From assembly GCA_964016885.1 (NCBI GenBank), contig OZ024740.1, positions 392,708,001 through 392,772,000 on the forward strand: 64,000 bases of DNA, given 5' to 3'. The notes beneath the pieces are model-generated. The model was not told where the DNA came from and did not search any database. It saw only the letters and a program-made list of their open reading frames with translations. A program made the translations under genes and the position numbers. This stretch comes from Eledone cirrhosa. Taxonomy: Eukaryota. Shown piece after piece: positions 1 to 12,844 of the stretch. Numbering within the stretch: position 1 is the stretch's first letter; the number at the start of each line of letters is the position of its first letter.

Positions 1-121
1 TATTTCATGTTACTTCTGAAAGGAGTTGTTTCCTTGATCTGATCAGATAATTACCACCTTTCCTTTCTGTGCTTATTTCTCTTAATAAAAATTACATTAG
101 AATTTTTTATTTAAATTTCAG

Positions 122-216
122 GAACATATGAGAACTTGGCGGATTATCTACAATGTTGGATACAGCACATCATTATTTTCTCTCCTTGTTGCTATATTTA
201 TTATGACATATTTCAG
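122..216 (+). CDS. Class B (secretin-family, PTH-receptor-like) GPCR, coding exon for TM1
   Basis: tttcAG|...|GTaaat boundaries. Translates EHMRTWRIIYNVGYSTSLFSLLVAIFIMTYF(R), matching the class B TM1 motif YxxGYSxSL. The phase-2 intron falls in the Arg codon, as is typical for this family. Confidence 0.93.
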
Positions 217-387
217 GTAAATTTTGAATCTTTGGTTTCATTATTTTACTAGTTTCAATCTTTAAATTACATGCTGGGGTACCGCCTTGCTTTCATCGAT
301 CATATGGACCCAGTATTTGTGTTTCATACTTTGTATATATTTTACCGATTCCCCCTCGCGCTCTCCCACTCTATACCTTTCTCTGTA

Positions 388-475
<88 letters not shown>

Positions 476-480
476 CATAC

Positions 481-770
481 ATACATGGTGGCTGCCAACT
501 CGTTTTCGAGTACGGCCACTACTTTATATCCATGTAGGAGAACCCCTACCGATACGCTGAACGAGTGTGACTTTTTAGTCCAGCCAGCGACTTGAAAACT
601 CTGGTTACAAACACTACACTTGTGACAATTATTGACACATAGTGCTGGGCCCATGGTACCATGTGATGACAAGTGCAGAGAGATCTCCAGATATAAAGCA
701 ATGCCTGTGCCGTGAAGCTTTTATAGTGAGCAAAGGCACTGCACAAAGCCAGTCCCACTCTCTTAACCAA
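481..770 (-). mobile_element. 3' end of an RTE-like LINE with C-terminal C2H2 fingers (degenerate)
   Basis: Minus strand encodes CSVC...FKSLAGLKSHTRS. The 3' UTR 'tggccgtactcgaaaacgag..ggcagccaccatg' runs into a TATG tail. It is homologous to 21240-21715 plus 27880-27921. Confidence 0.65.
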
Positions 771-780
771 CATACATACA

Positions 781-810
<30 letters not shown>

Positions 811-811
<1 letters not shown>

Positions 812-1675
812 TGACCAATTTACAGAAAAAGTTGTGCATGGATACTTGAGGCGTAAAACACAGACCATAGAGGGGATAAACCACTCAAAAAGCCTGGCAT
901 GGAGTTCCGACAAGTTTATGACATCACACCATGAGGGATATCTCTATGCAATACAGGAACAAGAACTCCCTACCAAATATCTGCTGCACAAAAGAGGAGG
1001 GCCAGCAGCTGACAATAAATGTAGGCTATGTAAAACAAAGATCGAGGATGTAAGCCACATTGTTGCCAGCTGCGAAAGAATGTCATCTCGCTACTACCTC
1101 CTCATGAGACACGATGGGATAGCTAGAACCATCTGGAACGCACTTCGGAAAACAAAATTAACAACAAACGAGGAAGAATATATTGAGACAGATGGCACTA
1201 AGGAATACTGGTGGAACCTGAAAATAAAAACTGCCACCAAATTACAGCACAACCGGCCTGATATTGTTGTTTGGGACCACACATTGAAAACGTGTTCTGT
1301 TGTGGAGATCAGCTGCCCACTTGATGTAAACGTTGTCAGAAAAATACAGGAGAAGGAGGACATCTACGGACCATTGATGAGGAGTTTACAAATCCAGTAT
1401 CCAAGATACACCTTTAGCTTCATACCCATCATAATTGGAGCTACGGGTTATATACCAACCCGCTTGGACCAAAGTATGACTGAACTTGGATTTGCGGACA
1501 AAAAGCGCAGCTCCCTAATTCATAGTCTACAAATAACTGCGACAGCTGGCACCTTCAAAATTTGCAAAACATTCTTGCGATTCAAAGGATGACAATTTCT
1601 TTTCTTTTACAACCTTGCCACCAGGAAGGTGGCCGGTCAAAAAAAAAATACTCGAAATTAAGAGAAAGAGATAAC
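811..1675 (+). mobile_element. 5'-truncated R4/Dong-like non-LTR retrotransposon (CCHC finger + restriction-like endonuclease)
   Basis: The 642..1592 ORF contains CRLC..E...HIVASC, RHD, RPDIVVWD, VEISCP and K...Y REL motifs. (CATA)n flanks both sides. Confidence 0.85.
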
Positions 1676-1989
1676 ATACATACATACATACATCCAATAA
1701 TCGCAAATCATGTTATCAACTGGTTATTGTTATCCAAATTAGTGATGTATTATCAGGAAGATAGTTGTGTTACTAAATTCTCGCAAATTCTTTATTATTT
1801 TTAAACATGTTTGAAAATTTGTTTACAGTAGTTAATTGATGTTTATAATGGTTAAAACAATTTAATAGAAAAAGAAAAAAAAAGATTAAGAAAGAATGAA
1901 ATGTAAAATTAGAAAATATTAAAAAAAATACGGAAAATGAAGGGAAAGGAAAGGGCGTTGGTCTCAAGGAAGAATGGGGGAAGGAGAGA

Positions 1990-2611
1990 GTGATGGGCTC
2001 TGGGCGTAGGGCGTGGCGGTTAGGGGGCTGCGATCCACGGACAAGACCGCAAAAGCATTCCTGCGGACAATGGCCAGCGACACCAGCTGCAACAGCCACC
2101 CCACCTCGCGGGGATCCTTCCTCAAACGGGCTGCCGACGTTCCGATCTTGCGGAGGAGCTCGGCAGTACGGGGTACAAGTATGTCTGAAGTCTCGATGGC
2201 GATTGGTGCAAAGAGGAAGCGGCAGGACAATCCCTGGTATTTGTTTATCTTCCTTTCCTCTGCATTGCGTGCCACAGTACCGGGGTTTGTGGCCGAAGCG
2301 ACTAAGTTGGAGGCGGAGAACGTGTCACAACATGTGGCGTCCCAGATGAAGGATCTACCTCATTCGAATGGGAAGAGGATGATTCCATCGTGGTGCTTGT
2401 CGTCTCCGCGGTCAAAGCATGCTGGCTCCAGTTGTGATGGGAAGCTAGCTGCGTCCAGGCTCCTTCTAGATATGTCGTTGAGAGCGGCATGCCGGGAGAA
2501 CCGGTCTGCGGCCTGATGGCAAGACAGTAGGCGCTGGCTAAACTTGTCAACAACCGCCCCGCAAAGGCATTTATGTGGCTCGCACAAGCGGAGGCGTAGG
2601 TGTTGGGTCAC
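1990..2611 (-). mobile_element. CRE-like non-LTR retrotransposon 3' fragment (REL endonuclease), frameshifted
   Basis: HKCLCG..D....LLSC....R..RH..LND, LEP..DRGD.K..DG and FAPIAIETS motifs. Same family as the 32.8 kb and 34.7 kb copies. Confidence 0.75.
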
Positions 2612-2800
2612 TACTATAATTATAGGTACTTTTCTTTTAAAATTTGGTAATAAATGGTTTTAACTGATTTTTTCATAATTTTTGTTCTAGAACTTTGTCA
2701 GCGTATGAGGGATTCCCCACCTCTCGCTTATATGTTCTTTCATTGACTCGTTAATCACGAATGTTCCTATTTCTGACTGTTGTAATCGTCTTACTTCCAG

Positions 2801-2969
2801 AAAGTTACATAATCATCGCAACACTATTCACAACAACCTGTTCATCTCATTCATATTGCGCGCCGCTGTTTGTCTTTTAAGAGACAATTTATTCATTCAA
2901 AGTGTGGCCTTCAAATCAGATTTCACCGAAGATGAAGACGGTCACTTCCATTTCAAGCAAGATATAACA
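2801..2969 (+). CDS. Class B GPCR coding exon (ICL1, TM2, ECL1)
   Basis: ttccAG|...|GTaagt. Phase-compatible with the previous exon. Translates KLHNHRNTIHNNLFISFILRAAVCLLRDNLFIQSVAFKSDFTEDEDGHFHFKQDIT (RNxIHxNLFxSFILRA motif). Confidence 0.95.
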
Positions 2970-3329
2970 GTAAGTTATTTAATATTTTAGTTTTATTATA
3001 AACACTGCTGGAAAGACGGCGACTGCTTGACATGCAAGGTTTACTTATGTTTCTCTTTATATTTCGAGTTCAAATCACACCAAAGTCAACTTTACATTTT
3101 ATCTCTCATGATTTTCTTGTTAACTGTGCATACGTAAGAAATTGTCACAAAATAACCCCTTTCTGATGTTCAAAGAGCCCAAATACTAGTTCTATACGAC
3201 GCGTGTTACTCAGAGTGTGAACTATCTATAAAAAATGGGTTGTAGTAAGTCAGCGGTTCATAATGGTGTTTACAAATACTAAATTTATGCCTCATATTCT
3301 GATACGAATACAAGTCGTCGCCCCAGAAA

Positions 3330-4150
3330 AAATTGCCCCTAGAGATGATTGTATCACCACAAAACACCGACTGACGTTCTCCTATAAGTTCATGCAAAAC
3401 ACTATAGCTTCTATCTTTATAAGAGGTACATATGTAAATCGTAGGACTGTATCAAAACAGTCTGGTAAATGTATTCGAACTAAAATCTTGCCACCTTACC
3501 CGTAAGCGAAGATTGACATTGGATACGAAAACAAAAGCCTGACATTCACAAAAATCTATGAACGTTGGACTGAAAAGGAATGGGGCAAAAGTATGTTTTT
3601 CGATGAATCAGCAATTTGTTGAACGCCGGCATCACGTAAGGAGGCTTCGTGAAAAAGAGATAAGATGAAAAATATACCGTACAGAAAATAAATCCCCCAG
3701 TCAGATGATCTGGAGCACCATTTTGTAGTCTTGAATCACTGGTTTATATTTATTTGAACTTGTAACAACTAGGAAAGGTCAAAATTGTCTGTAACTGTTG
3801 AAGGTAAAACTGCAAATACATACGCATGTATATGGATGTAATATATTCACGCACAATGGTGATCCATGCCACAGAGCAATGTTTGTGCAAAAATACAGTA
3901 AAAGATCAAGGAAACTAGAGTAGAATGGCCTGTAAAAAGCCGACTTCAATCCCATTGATAATTTGTGGGAATACATGACGAGCAATGTTACAGGCAAGCA
4001 ACCATCCAGTGGAAAATTTTTAATAGTGGTTGCTATGGACATATGATTTAATGAATTTACACAGGAATATTGTCTGACTCTTATATCCAGCATATCGTCA
4101 TTGTATTCAAGCAGTCATCAAGGCAAAATATGGTTATATAAAACAATAGT
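3330..4150 (+). mobile_element. Degenerate Tc1-like DNA transposon (transposase pseudogene)
   Basis: Fragmentary frames give RWTEKEW..MFFDES, MIW, HNGDPCHRA and DFNPIDNLW, resembling the Tc1 DDE motifs FSDES, QDNAPCH and SPDLNPIENLW. Confidence 0.7.
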
Positions 4151-4731
4151 TTATTGGGAAATTGATGTCAGAAAATGTTTTTAATTGATGCTTTAAAGTG
4201 GGTATAAAAAACTATTTTTTTTTAATAAGTTGTTACTTCAAATTTTATTTAAAAATTATAGGATTGGGCAACCTTTTTCGAGCAGTGGACCGCTTAGGAT
4301 GTGGCTCTACAAAAATAATCAAGGTAATGTTGAAATTAGGTGTGCCATTCAGAAAACCAAGCAGTTCGCCCATGACTGTCTTAAACTTTGGCCGGCGTGC
4401 AATGTCCGAACAAAATCGGAGCGTAGAAAAGAAACACGTTGTGATGTTTAATATGGTCTCTGTCACATTTCTCTATATCAAGATTCACTTTGTCTTTCAT
4501 CCTATAAGAATTCGCTCAAATAAATACCAGGCCAAGTGTTTGGTTCGAATCGACTAAACTGTTTACGCAATGTCCAAGTATGGCTTCAGCCCAATACTGA
4601 AACCAATAAAAATAACACAATATATTGAATATTGTTTCAGAAAACTGTATATCTCCATCCAAAAATTGTTTTTCTTCTAAGTTAAATGCTGTCGTCATAT
4701 TTAAAATGAATCATAAACATTCTTATTGCAG

Positions 4732-4888
4732 CATTGGCAGTGCAAACTGTTTTACACTTTCTTCTATTACGCACTGCTGGCTAACTACATGTGGATCTTG
4801 GTCGAGGGACTGTACATTCATGCTTTACTCTTCTGGTCTGTATTCAATAAGAAAAATAACTTTTACTGTTATATTTCATTTGGATGGC
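4732..4888 (+). CDS. Class B GPCR coding exon (TM3, ICL2, start of TM4)
   Basis: ttgcAG|...|GTaagt. Translates HWQCKLFYTFFYYALLANYMWILVEGLYIHALLFWSVFNKKNNFYCYISFGW (ANYxWxLVEGLYxH and GW motifs). Ends in phase 1. Confidence 0.97.
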
Positions 4889-5169
4889 GTAAGTAAGCCT
4901 CAATTTTCTTATGATATTCTGATGTCACCTCCTTTTGATGTCGTCGTCGTTCGTTGTTATCGCTACTCAGCATTAAATCCGTGTTTAGTTGAGAAAGATT
5001 CTTGTTAGGAGGGTATATTTTAGTACGATGACTTTCATCTAATTGCAAGAGACTCCAAGATGATTTTCGACTCTGGAATCAAACTATGTGCTTTTCCCAA
5101 GGGCCTTACTGTTATAACTAGTGAATACACTTTCCTCCGACATGGCAATTAATCAATCAATTTACATTT

Positions 5170-5245
<76 letters not shown>

Positions 5246-5327
5246 TCAAAGATAGATATAAAGAGATAGCTAAATAAATGATTGGCCGATTGCTAAATAG
5301 ATAAACAAATAGAGGCAGAGATGATAT

Positions 5328-5508
5328 ACCGTATATGCCGACGTACAAGTCGATCCGGCGCATAGGTCAACCCCTAAAATTGTGAGGTATAGTTCATGTG
5401 AAGCAGTACACATTCTTCCACATTTTATATTCAGCGGATAAGTCGACCCCTAGTTATAGGGAGATATTTTTAGGTTTTAGATGTCAATTGTCCGCCGGCA
5501 TATACGAT
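5328..5508. mobile_element. MITE (Tc1/pogo-type) with short terminal inverted repeats
   Basis: 'ta ccgtatatgccg' ... 'cggcatatacga ta' ends, about 180 bp, non-coding. Confidence 0.55.
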
Positions 5509-5695
5509 ATATATATATATATACGGATTAACAAATAATAGTTAAATGCAGTCCACTTAGGTGAAATCCAGTTATGGTATTCCAGGTAGTGGATGATATT
5601 AACGCTTGGCTTGGTTTGACTCAACAAGGCGTTTTCATAGTGATGCTGCGGGTATGCTGTAATTCCTATGTTGTAAACACTTGGAGTAATAATAA

Positions 5696-6229
5696 ATCAG
5701 GAAAGAAGGTTTACATGGTTTGCTATACAAAAAAGTTTTTAATCACATAGCTTACATTTGTTTCACTGAACTGGTATGTCTAGAGATCGCTATCCGCTTA
5801 ATTTTGCGTTACTCTATCGCCAATACAGAATTATAACCAGTCAGATCTTCGGAACATGCGAGAATGAGGAAAATACACAGGCAAGAAAAGAAAAGAAAAT
5901 ACGTCTACTATATGGAGTAGTTATGGCATTCAATTAGAACAATAACAACAATTACAACAATGCTATCAATAAACTATTTAAGGAGACCCTGACATTACTT
6001 AGGTGGGGGGTATATAATGTATCTAATGTTACGGCGTGAAAACCAGCTGTCATAAGGCAAAAAGTATCGTAGTGTGTATCAATTTTAAATTATAAAGATA
6101 AGCTAGTTTTTACATTCTTTCTCTTCATCTTCAACAGTATACATGAGTGGGACCACTGTCAAAGCTCAATAGTTGTAGAGTTAATACAGAGGTTAACGAA
6201 TTAATATACGCATATATCTACGCACACAC

Positions 6230-6274
<45 letters not shown>

Positions 6275-7295
6275 AATATATATACACATATATACACATG
6301 CATGTGTACATAATAAGTTAGAAAGATCTATCTTCTGCAGACATAGAATAGCCACTAAATTCATAAGATTCAAATCTCCGTGAATCGAACCAACATAACA
6401 TAGCTTTAAATTAGGATACCTACTACCCACAGAAATATATTCATTAAGTATACTATTTCCTTCACAAGTCTATACCACACAATTGTCTGTTAGTACCTCA
6501 TCTACCAACAATCTTACTCCTTCTCAGCTGCTGCAATCATTTGATCCTAGATCCTAGTTTTTCTCATTTCACTACTACAATGTTACTTTACCTTCTTTTT
6601 GCCATAATTACAATTAGCACGCTTTTCTCTTTGCATGTATGTATATTTTTGTACGAGTGTATATTGATGTGTATGTATGTGTCTATGTACACATGCATGT
6701 GTATATATGTGTATATATATTTATATATATATATATGTGTGTGTGTGTGTATGTGTATGTGTGTGTGTGTGTGCGTAGATATATGCGTATATTAATTCGT
6801 TAACCTCTGTATTAACTCTACAACTATTGAGCTTTGACAGTGGTCCCACTCATGTATACTGTTGAAGATGAAGAGAAAGACTGTAAAAACTAGCTTATCT
6901 TTATAATTTAAAATTGATACACACTACGATACTTTTTGCCTTATGACAGCTGGTTTTCACGCCGTAACATTAGATACATTATATACCCCCCACCTAAGTA
7001 ATGTCAGGGTCTCCTTAAATAGTTTATTGATAGCATTGTTGTAATTGTTGTTATTGTTCTAATTGAATGCCATAACTACTCCATATAGTAGCCGTATTTT
7101 CTTTTCTTTTCTTGCCTGTGTATTTTCCTCATTCTCGCATGTTCCGAAGATCTGACTGGTTATAATTCTGTATTGGCGATAGAGTAACGCAAAATTAAGC
7201 GGATAGCGATCTCTAGACATACCAGTTCAGTGAAACAAATGTAAGCTATGTGATTAAAACATTTTTTGTATAGCAAACCATGTAAACCTTCTTTC

Positions 7296-7300
<5 letters not shown>
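5696..7300. repeat. Long inverted repeat (about 617 bp arms at 5696-6312 and 6684-7300) carrying hammerhead motifs; PLE pLTR-like foldback
   Basis: Arms are near-identical reverse complements (coordinate sum 12996). The right end abuts (TA)n. Confidence 0.92.
7138..7250 (+). ncRNA. Type I hammerhead ribozyme motif, CCGAAGA core variant (mirror copy 5746-5858, minus)
   Basis: gtt-CCGAAGA-t ctgactggt...accagttcag t-GAAAC aaat GTA-agc. Confidence 0.6.
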
Positions 7301-7360
<60 letters not shown>

Positions 7361-7597
7361 TAGAAAATGTAAGAGAAACACAAACATAAGGACAATTCCC
7401 GCTCTTCGGCTGTCTGTTGTGGATCGCTGATGTTTCGACGCATTAAAGACAGTACATCTCACTGCAGTGCGTTAATAACTACGAGATATAGTTATTAGGG
7501 AAGGAAACAACAAAAAAAGATACACGATCGTGAAGAGAACGACAGAAAAAGAAAAAAACATACCGATAGAGAGGGGGAAACACGAGACAGTAGTACA

Positions 7598-7666
<69 letters not shown>

Positions 7667-7671
<5 letters not shown>

Positions 7672-8461
7672 AAGTATATATATCCCTACACGCACAAAGC
7701 GCCCAGGGAAACATGTATTGTCCAACCATATGCCAATGTGGTTCAATAGCAGGTTAATAAATTAACGAGCCAGAACATATATAATCAAGGTTTAGCAAAT
7801 AAGAAAAAGTTTCAAAATAAATTTAAAAAAATGAACTTTACTCACTTTGGTTACCTTTACTGAATCGGTTTCGAGTCTCAAAAATAAACGGACAGTTCAT
7901 ACGGCATCCGTTGCAAAGATAAACTCTCGTCAGAAGGATCTTTTCACTCGGAGAATATAAAATTCCCGAGTTCAAATTTCGAACTGGCACTATTCAAAAT
8001 TGTTCCCGAGATGAGAATGAATGATGTGGGAGCAATTCTTTCAAGAGCCGTGTGTAAAGATAGAAGCAAAGGCAGGGAAGTCAACTTACTACCACTATAA
8101 CTAGCAGCAGTCATAACGACCAAATTTTTTTCTCGATCAAGAGGAGAATAATAATAAAGTATATATATCTCTACACGCACAAAGCGCTCAGGGAAACATG
8201 TATTGTCCAACCATATGCCAATGTGGTTCAATGGCAGGTTAATAAATTAACGAGCCGGAACATATATAATCAAGGTTTAGCAAATAAGAAAAAGTTTCAA
8301 AATAAAGATCCTTCTGACGAGAGTTCATCTTTGCAACGGATGCCGTATGGACTGTCCGTTTATTTTTGAGACTCGAAACCGATTCGGTAAAGGTAACCAA
8401 AGTGAGTAAAGTTAATTTTTAAAAATTTATTTTGAAACGTTTTCTTATTTGCTAAACCTTG

Positions 8462-8468
<7 letters not shown>
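7667..8468. mobile_element. HHR-containing non-coding unit (about 485 nt period) in partial tandem plus an inverted copy; PLE-derived or retrozyme-like
   Basis: Direct repeat 7667-7819 / 8152-8305 and inverted repeat 7780-7942 / 8305-8468. (TA)n on both sides. Confidence 0.8.
8310..8393 (+). ncRNA. Canonical type I hammerhead ribozyme (mirror copy 7854-7937, minus)
   Basis: cctt-CTGACGA-gagt...actc-GAAA-ccg att cgg-TA-aagg. All three stems and both core boxes are present. Confidence 0.85.
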
Positions 8469-8528
<60 letters not shown>

Positions 8529-9224
8529 GGGGGAAGGGAGAGAGATAGGGAGGGGGTAGATTAGATAGATAGAAAGATAAATAAAAATATAGATAGATAG
8601 ATATAAATATCATGATTAAGAGTTTTGACTGTTTGATCTGTGAATATACTCGCATAAGGTAAAGAGAGAGATATATAGATGTCTATATAGATCGCCATGG
8701 AGAAGCGACAATGGGTAACTGTGGTGTTTTCTTGACATTTTCAATAGAATAAATTATTAAATTCAATAAATTTATATAGATTAAGTAATCTATCTATGAA
8801 TATCAATATTTCTTCTTGATTGACCCTCTTCAGCACTGAACTAGTCTGCAGAAAATTTTAGAGTTGAAATGTTCGTAAGAAAATCCTTTATTTCTGTTGC
8901 GTGGACTACAGGCTTGTTTGAATTTCATGCTGGATAATTGGACAGCAAGGCAGAAACAGTTAAAGAAATCCTGCGAAGGCGTTAATTCATAACTAAATAG
9001 ATTAGATATAGATTGAGAGACAAACAGAAAGACAGTTAGAGAGATAAGCATAACAAATATAGGTTCATTGATAGACTACATAATATTGTAATGGAGAGTT
9101 TATCTCTTCCCCGATTTTTTTTTCAGAACTATCTCAACAATACATAATTTTTTAATGAAATTTTGCAGATGCCTTTTCGAATCTGTAAATTATGATTATG
9201 TAGAAAGAAGGTTTCTATTTTGCC

Positions 9225-9402
9225 AGAATCAATAGAGCGTCGGATGAAACGCTTTAAGCTTATAGTTACGGTCCTCTGCCTTCTGAGTTCAAATCCCACC
9301 GTTCATCCTTACTGGGTCGATAAAAATAAAGTACCAGTAATGCACTGAGGTCGATTTAGTCGACTTTGCCCTTCCGCTGGCCTTGTGCCCAAATTAGAAA
9401 CA

Positions 9403-9462
<60 letters not shown>

Positions 9463-9900
9463 TGCTCAAGGGCGGTGGATTGGCAGTATCGGTAGAGGGT
9501 CGGACGCCATGTTTTGCAGCATAGAGTTACGGCTCTTTATGATCTGAGCTCAAATCCCGCCGAGGTTAACTTTGCCTTTCATCCTTATGGGGTCGATAAA
9601 ATAAAGTACCAGTCACGCACTGGGGTCGATTTAATCGACTTTCCCCTCCCCCCAAATTACTGGCCTTGTGCCTATATAAGAAACCATTATTATTATTTGC
9701 TCAAGGGCGGAGGATCGGCAGTATCGTTAGAGGGTCAGCGGCCATGCTTTGCAGCAAAGAATTACGGCCCTTTATGGTCTGAGTTCAAATCCCGCCGAGG
9801 TTAACTTTGCCTTTCATCCTCACGGGATCGATAAAATAAAGTACCAGTAATACACTGGGATAATTGTTGGCCTTGTACCAAAAGTAGAAACAATTATTAT
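9225..9900 (+). mobile_element. Three tandem tRNA-derived SINE copies
   Basis: A box (tggcagtatcggtaga), B box (gagttcaaatccc), conserved core 'gcctttcatccttacggggtcgataaaataaagtaccag' resembling Deu/Nin-domain SINEs, and (ATT)n tails. Confidence 0.85.
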
Positions 9901-10932
9901 TATTTGCTCTAAACTGTGTTTTGTCACGATTGCTTAGAGAGGAAAGATGGAACACAATACTTTCGTTATTGTTTTATATTTCCGTTCGTTAATGTTTTCA
10001 TTACTTTCGATCTGTATTTGTCAGCGGGCTAAATATAAACTTGGAAATTTTTCCATTATGTCATCTAATTTCACGTTGATAATGAACAATACCAATCAGG
10101 ATAATGTCAGATGCTTTTTTTCTTTTGGAACCTAGTGTTATTTCTATAACAATGAATTAAAAAAGAAAGGAAAAAACATTATCAACATAATCATTATCTA
10201 AACATTTTAAAATCTATTTCTGCGAAATTCCATTAAAATATATATATTATTAAGAAAGTTATAACATATTCGGATGGACACGAAACTGTAGTTATTCGAT
10301 AGTGTTTACATATCAATAAATAAATAGGGATGAATAAATAGTCAGATAGTTTAATGGATAGTTAGATAAACAGACAGGTAGTCGTCCGCGGGGGTCTTCT
10401 TCTGTCACCTAATAATCCTCGCTCTTCCCCTCCTTTTCCTCTCATTTATAGCATTTATAGTCCATTCCAATGCTACTTTCTTTTTCTATATGTTTATCTA
10501 AATATTTAATTCTTTATTATTTTTATGTAATTTTATCCTAGAAAAAATAAATTTCAGTATTTTGAAATAAAAATTGTGATAACAAATTGATAAATTGGTA
10601 GACATAGACAGAAAGACAAATAGAGATATATACGCCGACATGCAAAAGAAGTGCAGAAATACAGAGAATGAGTTAGATACATAGGTAGTCGGACAAAAGG
10701 AGGGGCTTACATAACTAGATAGAGAGACAGAAGTTTGCTTTAGTGAATGTGCTGACCACCCAGTTTCAGTTAAGTTTTGGAATATTTTGGTCAATCCTAC
10801 ATATGCATACTTTTAAATATTAGACATGCATACGCTTAAAAGTAGTATATATATTTACCCTTTGTTGATACAAGCAGCGCATTATTCATTCCCTTTTCCT
10901 ATATAATTATCTGAACATTGTTAGTCTAGCCA

Positions 10933-11040
10933 AGGGCGGTGGATTGGCAGAATCGGCAGAGCGTCGGACAATAACCTTAGGGGCATAGAGTTACGGCCCT
11001 TTACATTCTGAGTTCAAATTCCACCGAGGGTAATTTTGCT
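10933..11040 (+). mobile_element. SINE 5' half, joined to an HHR-family fragment at 11049-11098
   Basis: Same head as the 9.5 kb SINEs. It is followed by 'tagctgtcgaaacgg...gccgtcggggtc', which matches the 48.7/52.4/58.5 kb family. Confidence 0.7.
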
Positions 11041-11109
11041 GTTTGGATCTAGCTGTCGAAACGGTCGGGGGTCAGCCGTCGGGGTCCTGAATCTTTTCAT
11101 ATATATATA

Positions 11110-11493
11110 TGTAACGATGTTAAAATATTTTAGATGTGTCGCGAGAGATGAACAATAACGAACAGCGCTGCTTTAAGCATTTTTATTAAGAAATAACTTA
11201 CGTCGAAGTTATTGTTGACAATACAAGAAAAACAAGGAAGCAAGTGAATTGTCTGTTATGCTTGTGTGGCTGGTTTGTGTGAATGCAGTAGTAGTCTGAC
11301 AAGATGCATTGAAATAACCATTATCTTGGTACAATCTCTGTCGAGAGGGCTGGAGATTTTGGGCTAAGCACTACATCTCTCTACTTGCTTCAGCAAGTGA
11401 TGTCTTTCTCTTCCGAAAAACGAGAGCAAGAATGGGTGAAGAAAGTGTTATCATTGATAAACTGTAAATGACCTAGTGGGACGCTTTCCAACA
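11110..11493 (-). mobile_element. Possible solo LTR
   Basis: TG...CA ends between microsatellites, with an AATAAA on the minus strand. No TSD confirmed. Confidence 0.4.
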
Positions 11494-11533
11494 CACACAC
11501 ACGCACACACACACACACAAATACCCCCCCCCC

Positions 11534-11564
<31 letters not shown>

Positions 11565-12007
11565 GAATGAGAATGGTTAACTATCTTGATCTACATAAGC
11601 TAAATATATGAAGCTGAGTACCTTTAACGGGAGCCGAAATTCGACAAGAATCTTTTCCGTTTACGGCAACTACTTTTTTCTCATGCCATAAAATAACACA
11701 TAATTATGATTCACTACTATAGTTTAATTTATCAAAACAACACTACAGGTAGCAATGGAACACTCACACACACATGCACACTCATACATATGCATACACA
11801 CACATACACACACTCACACGCACTCATACATACGTAACGTTCAGCAACGAAATGTGATTTACAGGAACATTATTCAATATTAGTTGGATACAGCCTGCGG
11901 TGTTAAAGGCTTATCTGAGTCACGTTGTGCACTCAGGTGAATTTTATAGAGATATGGACTCCATAATCATAATGGTATTGAAAATATAAATATTGGAAGA
12001 GATAACG

Positions 12008-12038
<31 letters not shown>

Positions 12039-12046
12039 ACTGTAGT

Positions 12047-12103
<57 letters not shown>

Positions 12104-12145
12104 TCTTTTTTGATGAGTATTTAGCAGAAAGGTATTATAGAAAGT

Positions 12146-12549
12146 TGTAAGGTTGCCACGAGGAACCATCTTTGGTAGAAAGATATGATAGGAATATCGA
12201 CAACGACTTTAGCTTGTTTTTACATTATTTATTAACAAAGGTTGAGCTGGCATGCCAAGAGAAATAAAACAAACGAATTAAGATTTCAGAAAGACACGGG
12301 CTACTGGCTGTGCCAGGCCGTGGTTAAATTGTTGTGTTACATATTGGCTAGTGATTTCACGGCGAAAGCAAAGTAGTTGTTTACCTTAGCACGGTCGAGC
12401 TGGAAGTGTGTGTTTCCTCAAATCTTCGCGGGCTATTTCTCTCTCAGAACGCGTAGGGATACATCCTCTTCTCCTGTCGCTGATTGGCTGAGCTGAGCCA
12501 AATCACGCACAGAGAATGTATGTGAGCCCGCGGAATGTAGGTCACTACA
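12146..12549 (-). mobile_element. Possible solo LTR
   Basis: tgta...taca ends with a minus-strand AATAAA. No clear TSD. Confidence 0.35.
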
Positions 12550-12844
12550 AATATATAATGGCAGGGTGTTTTTCAAATTCGTTTCTTATAGATGAATCAA
12601 CTCTCTTAAATTTATAAAGAATATCCCCTACAAATTTCTATATCAAAGATGAATTTAGGTGCGTGTCTGGTGGTGATGGTGGGTTTTAATGAGGTGTAAG
12701 ATACATGTCTTTTGATAAGAATGGGATGGCAGGAAAAAGAGAAAAGAAGGATTGTTTTGGAACATTTGTCAAAAATGTATGTTGTTGATATTGGTTTGGG
12801 ACACGAAGTGTGTGTGTGTGTGTATATACATATATACATTCATA

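Noticed and set aside
9468-9570. tRNA-like A and B boxes
   Set aside because: They are SINE heads followed by the SINE core and tail, with no full cloverleaf.
11605-11660. GAAA-ttc...gaa-TC half hammerhead
   Set aside because: No acceptable CUGANGA-type box upstream.
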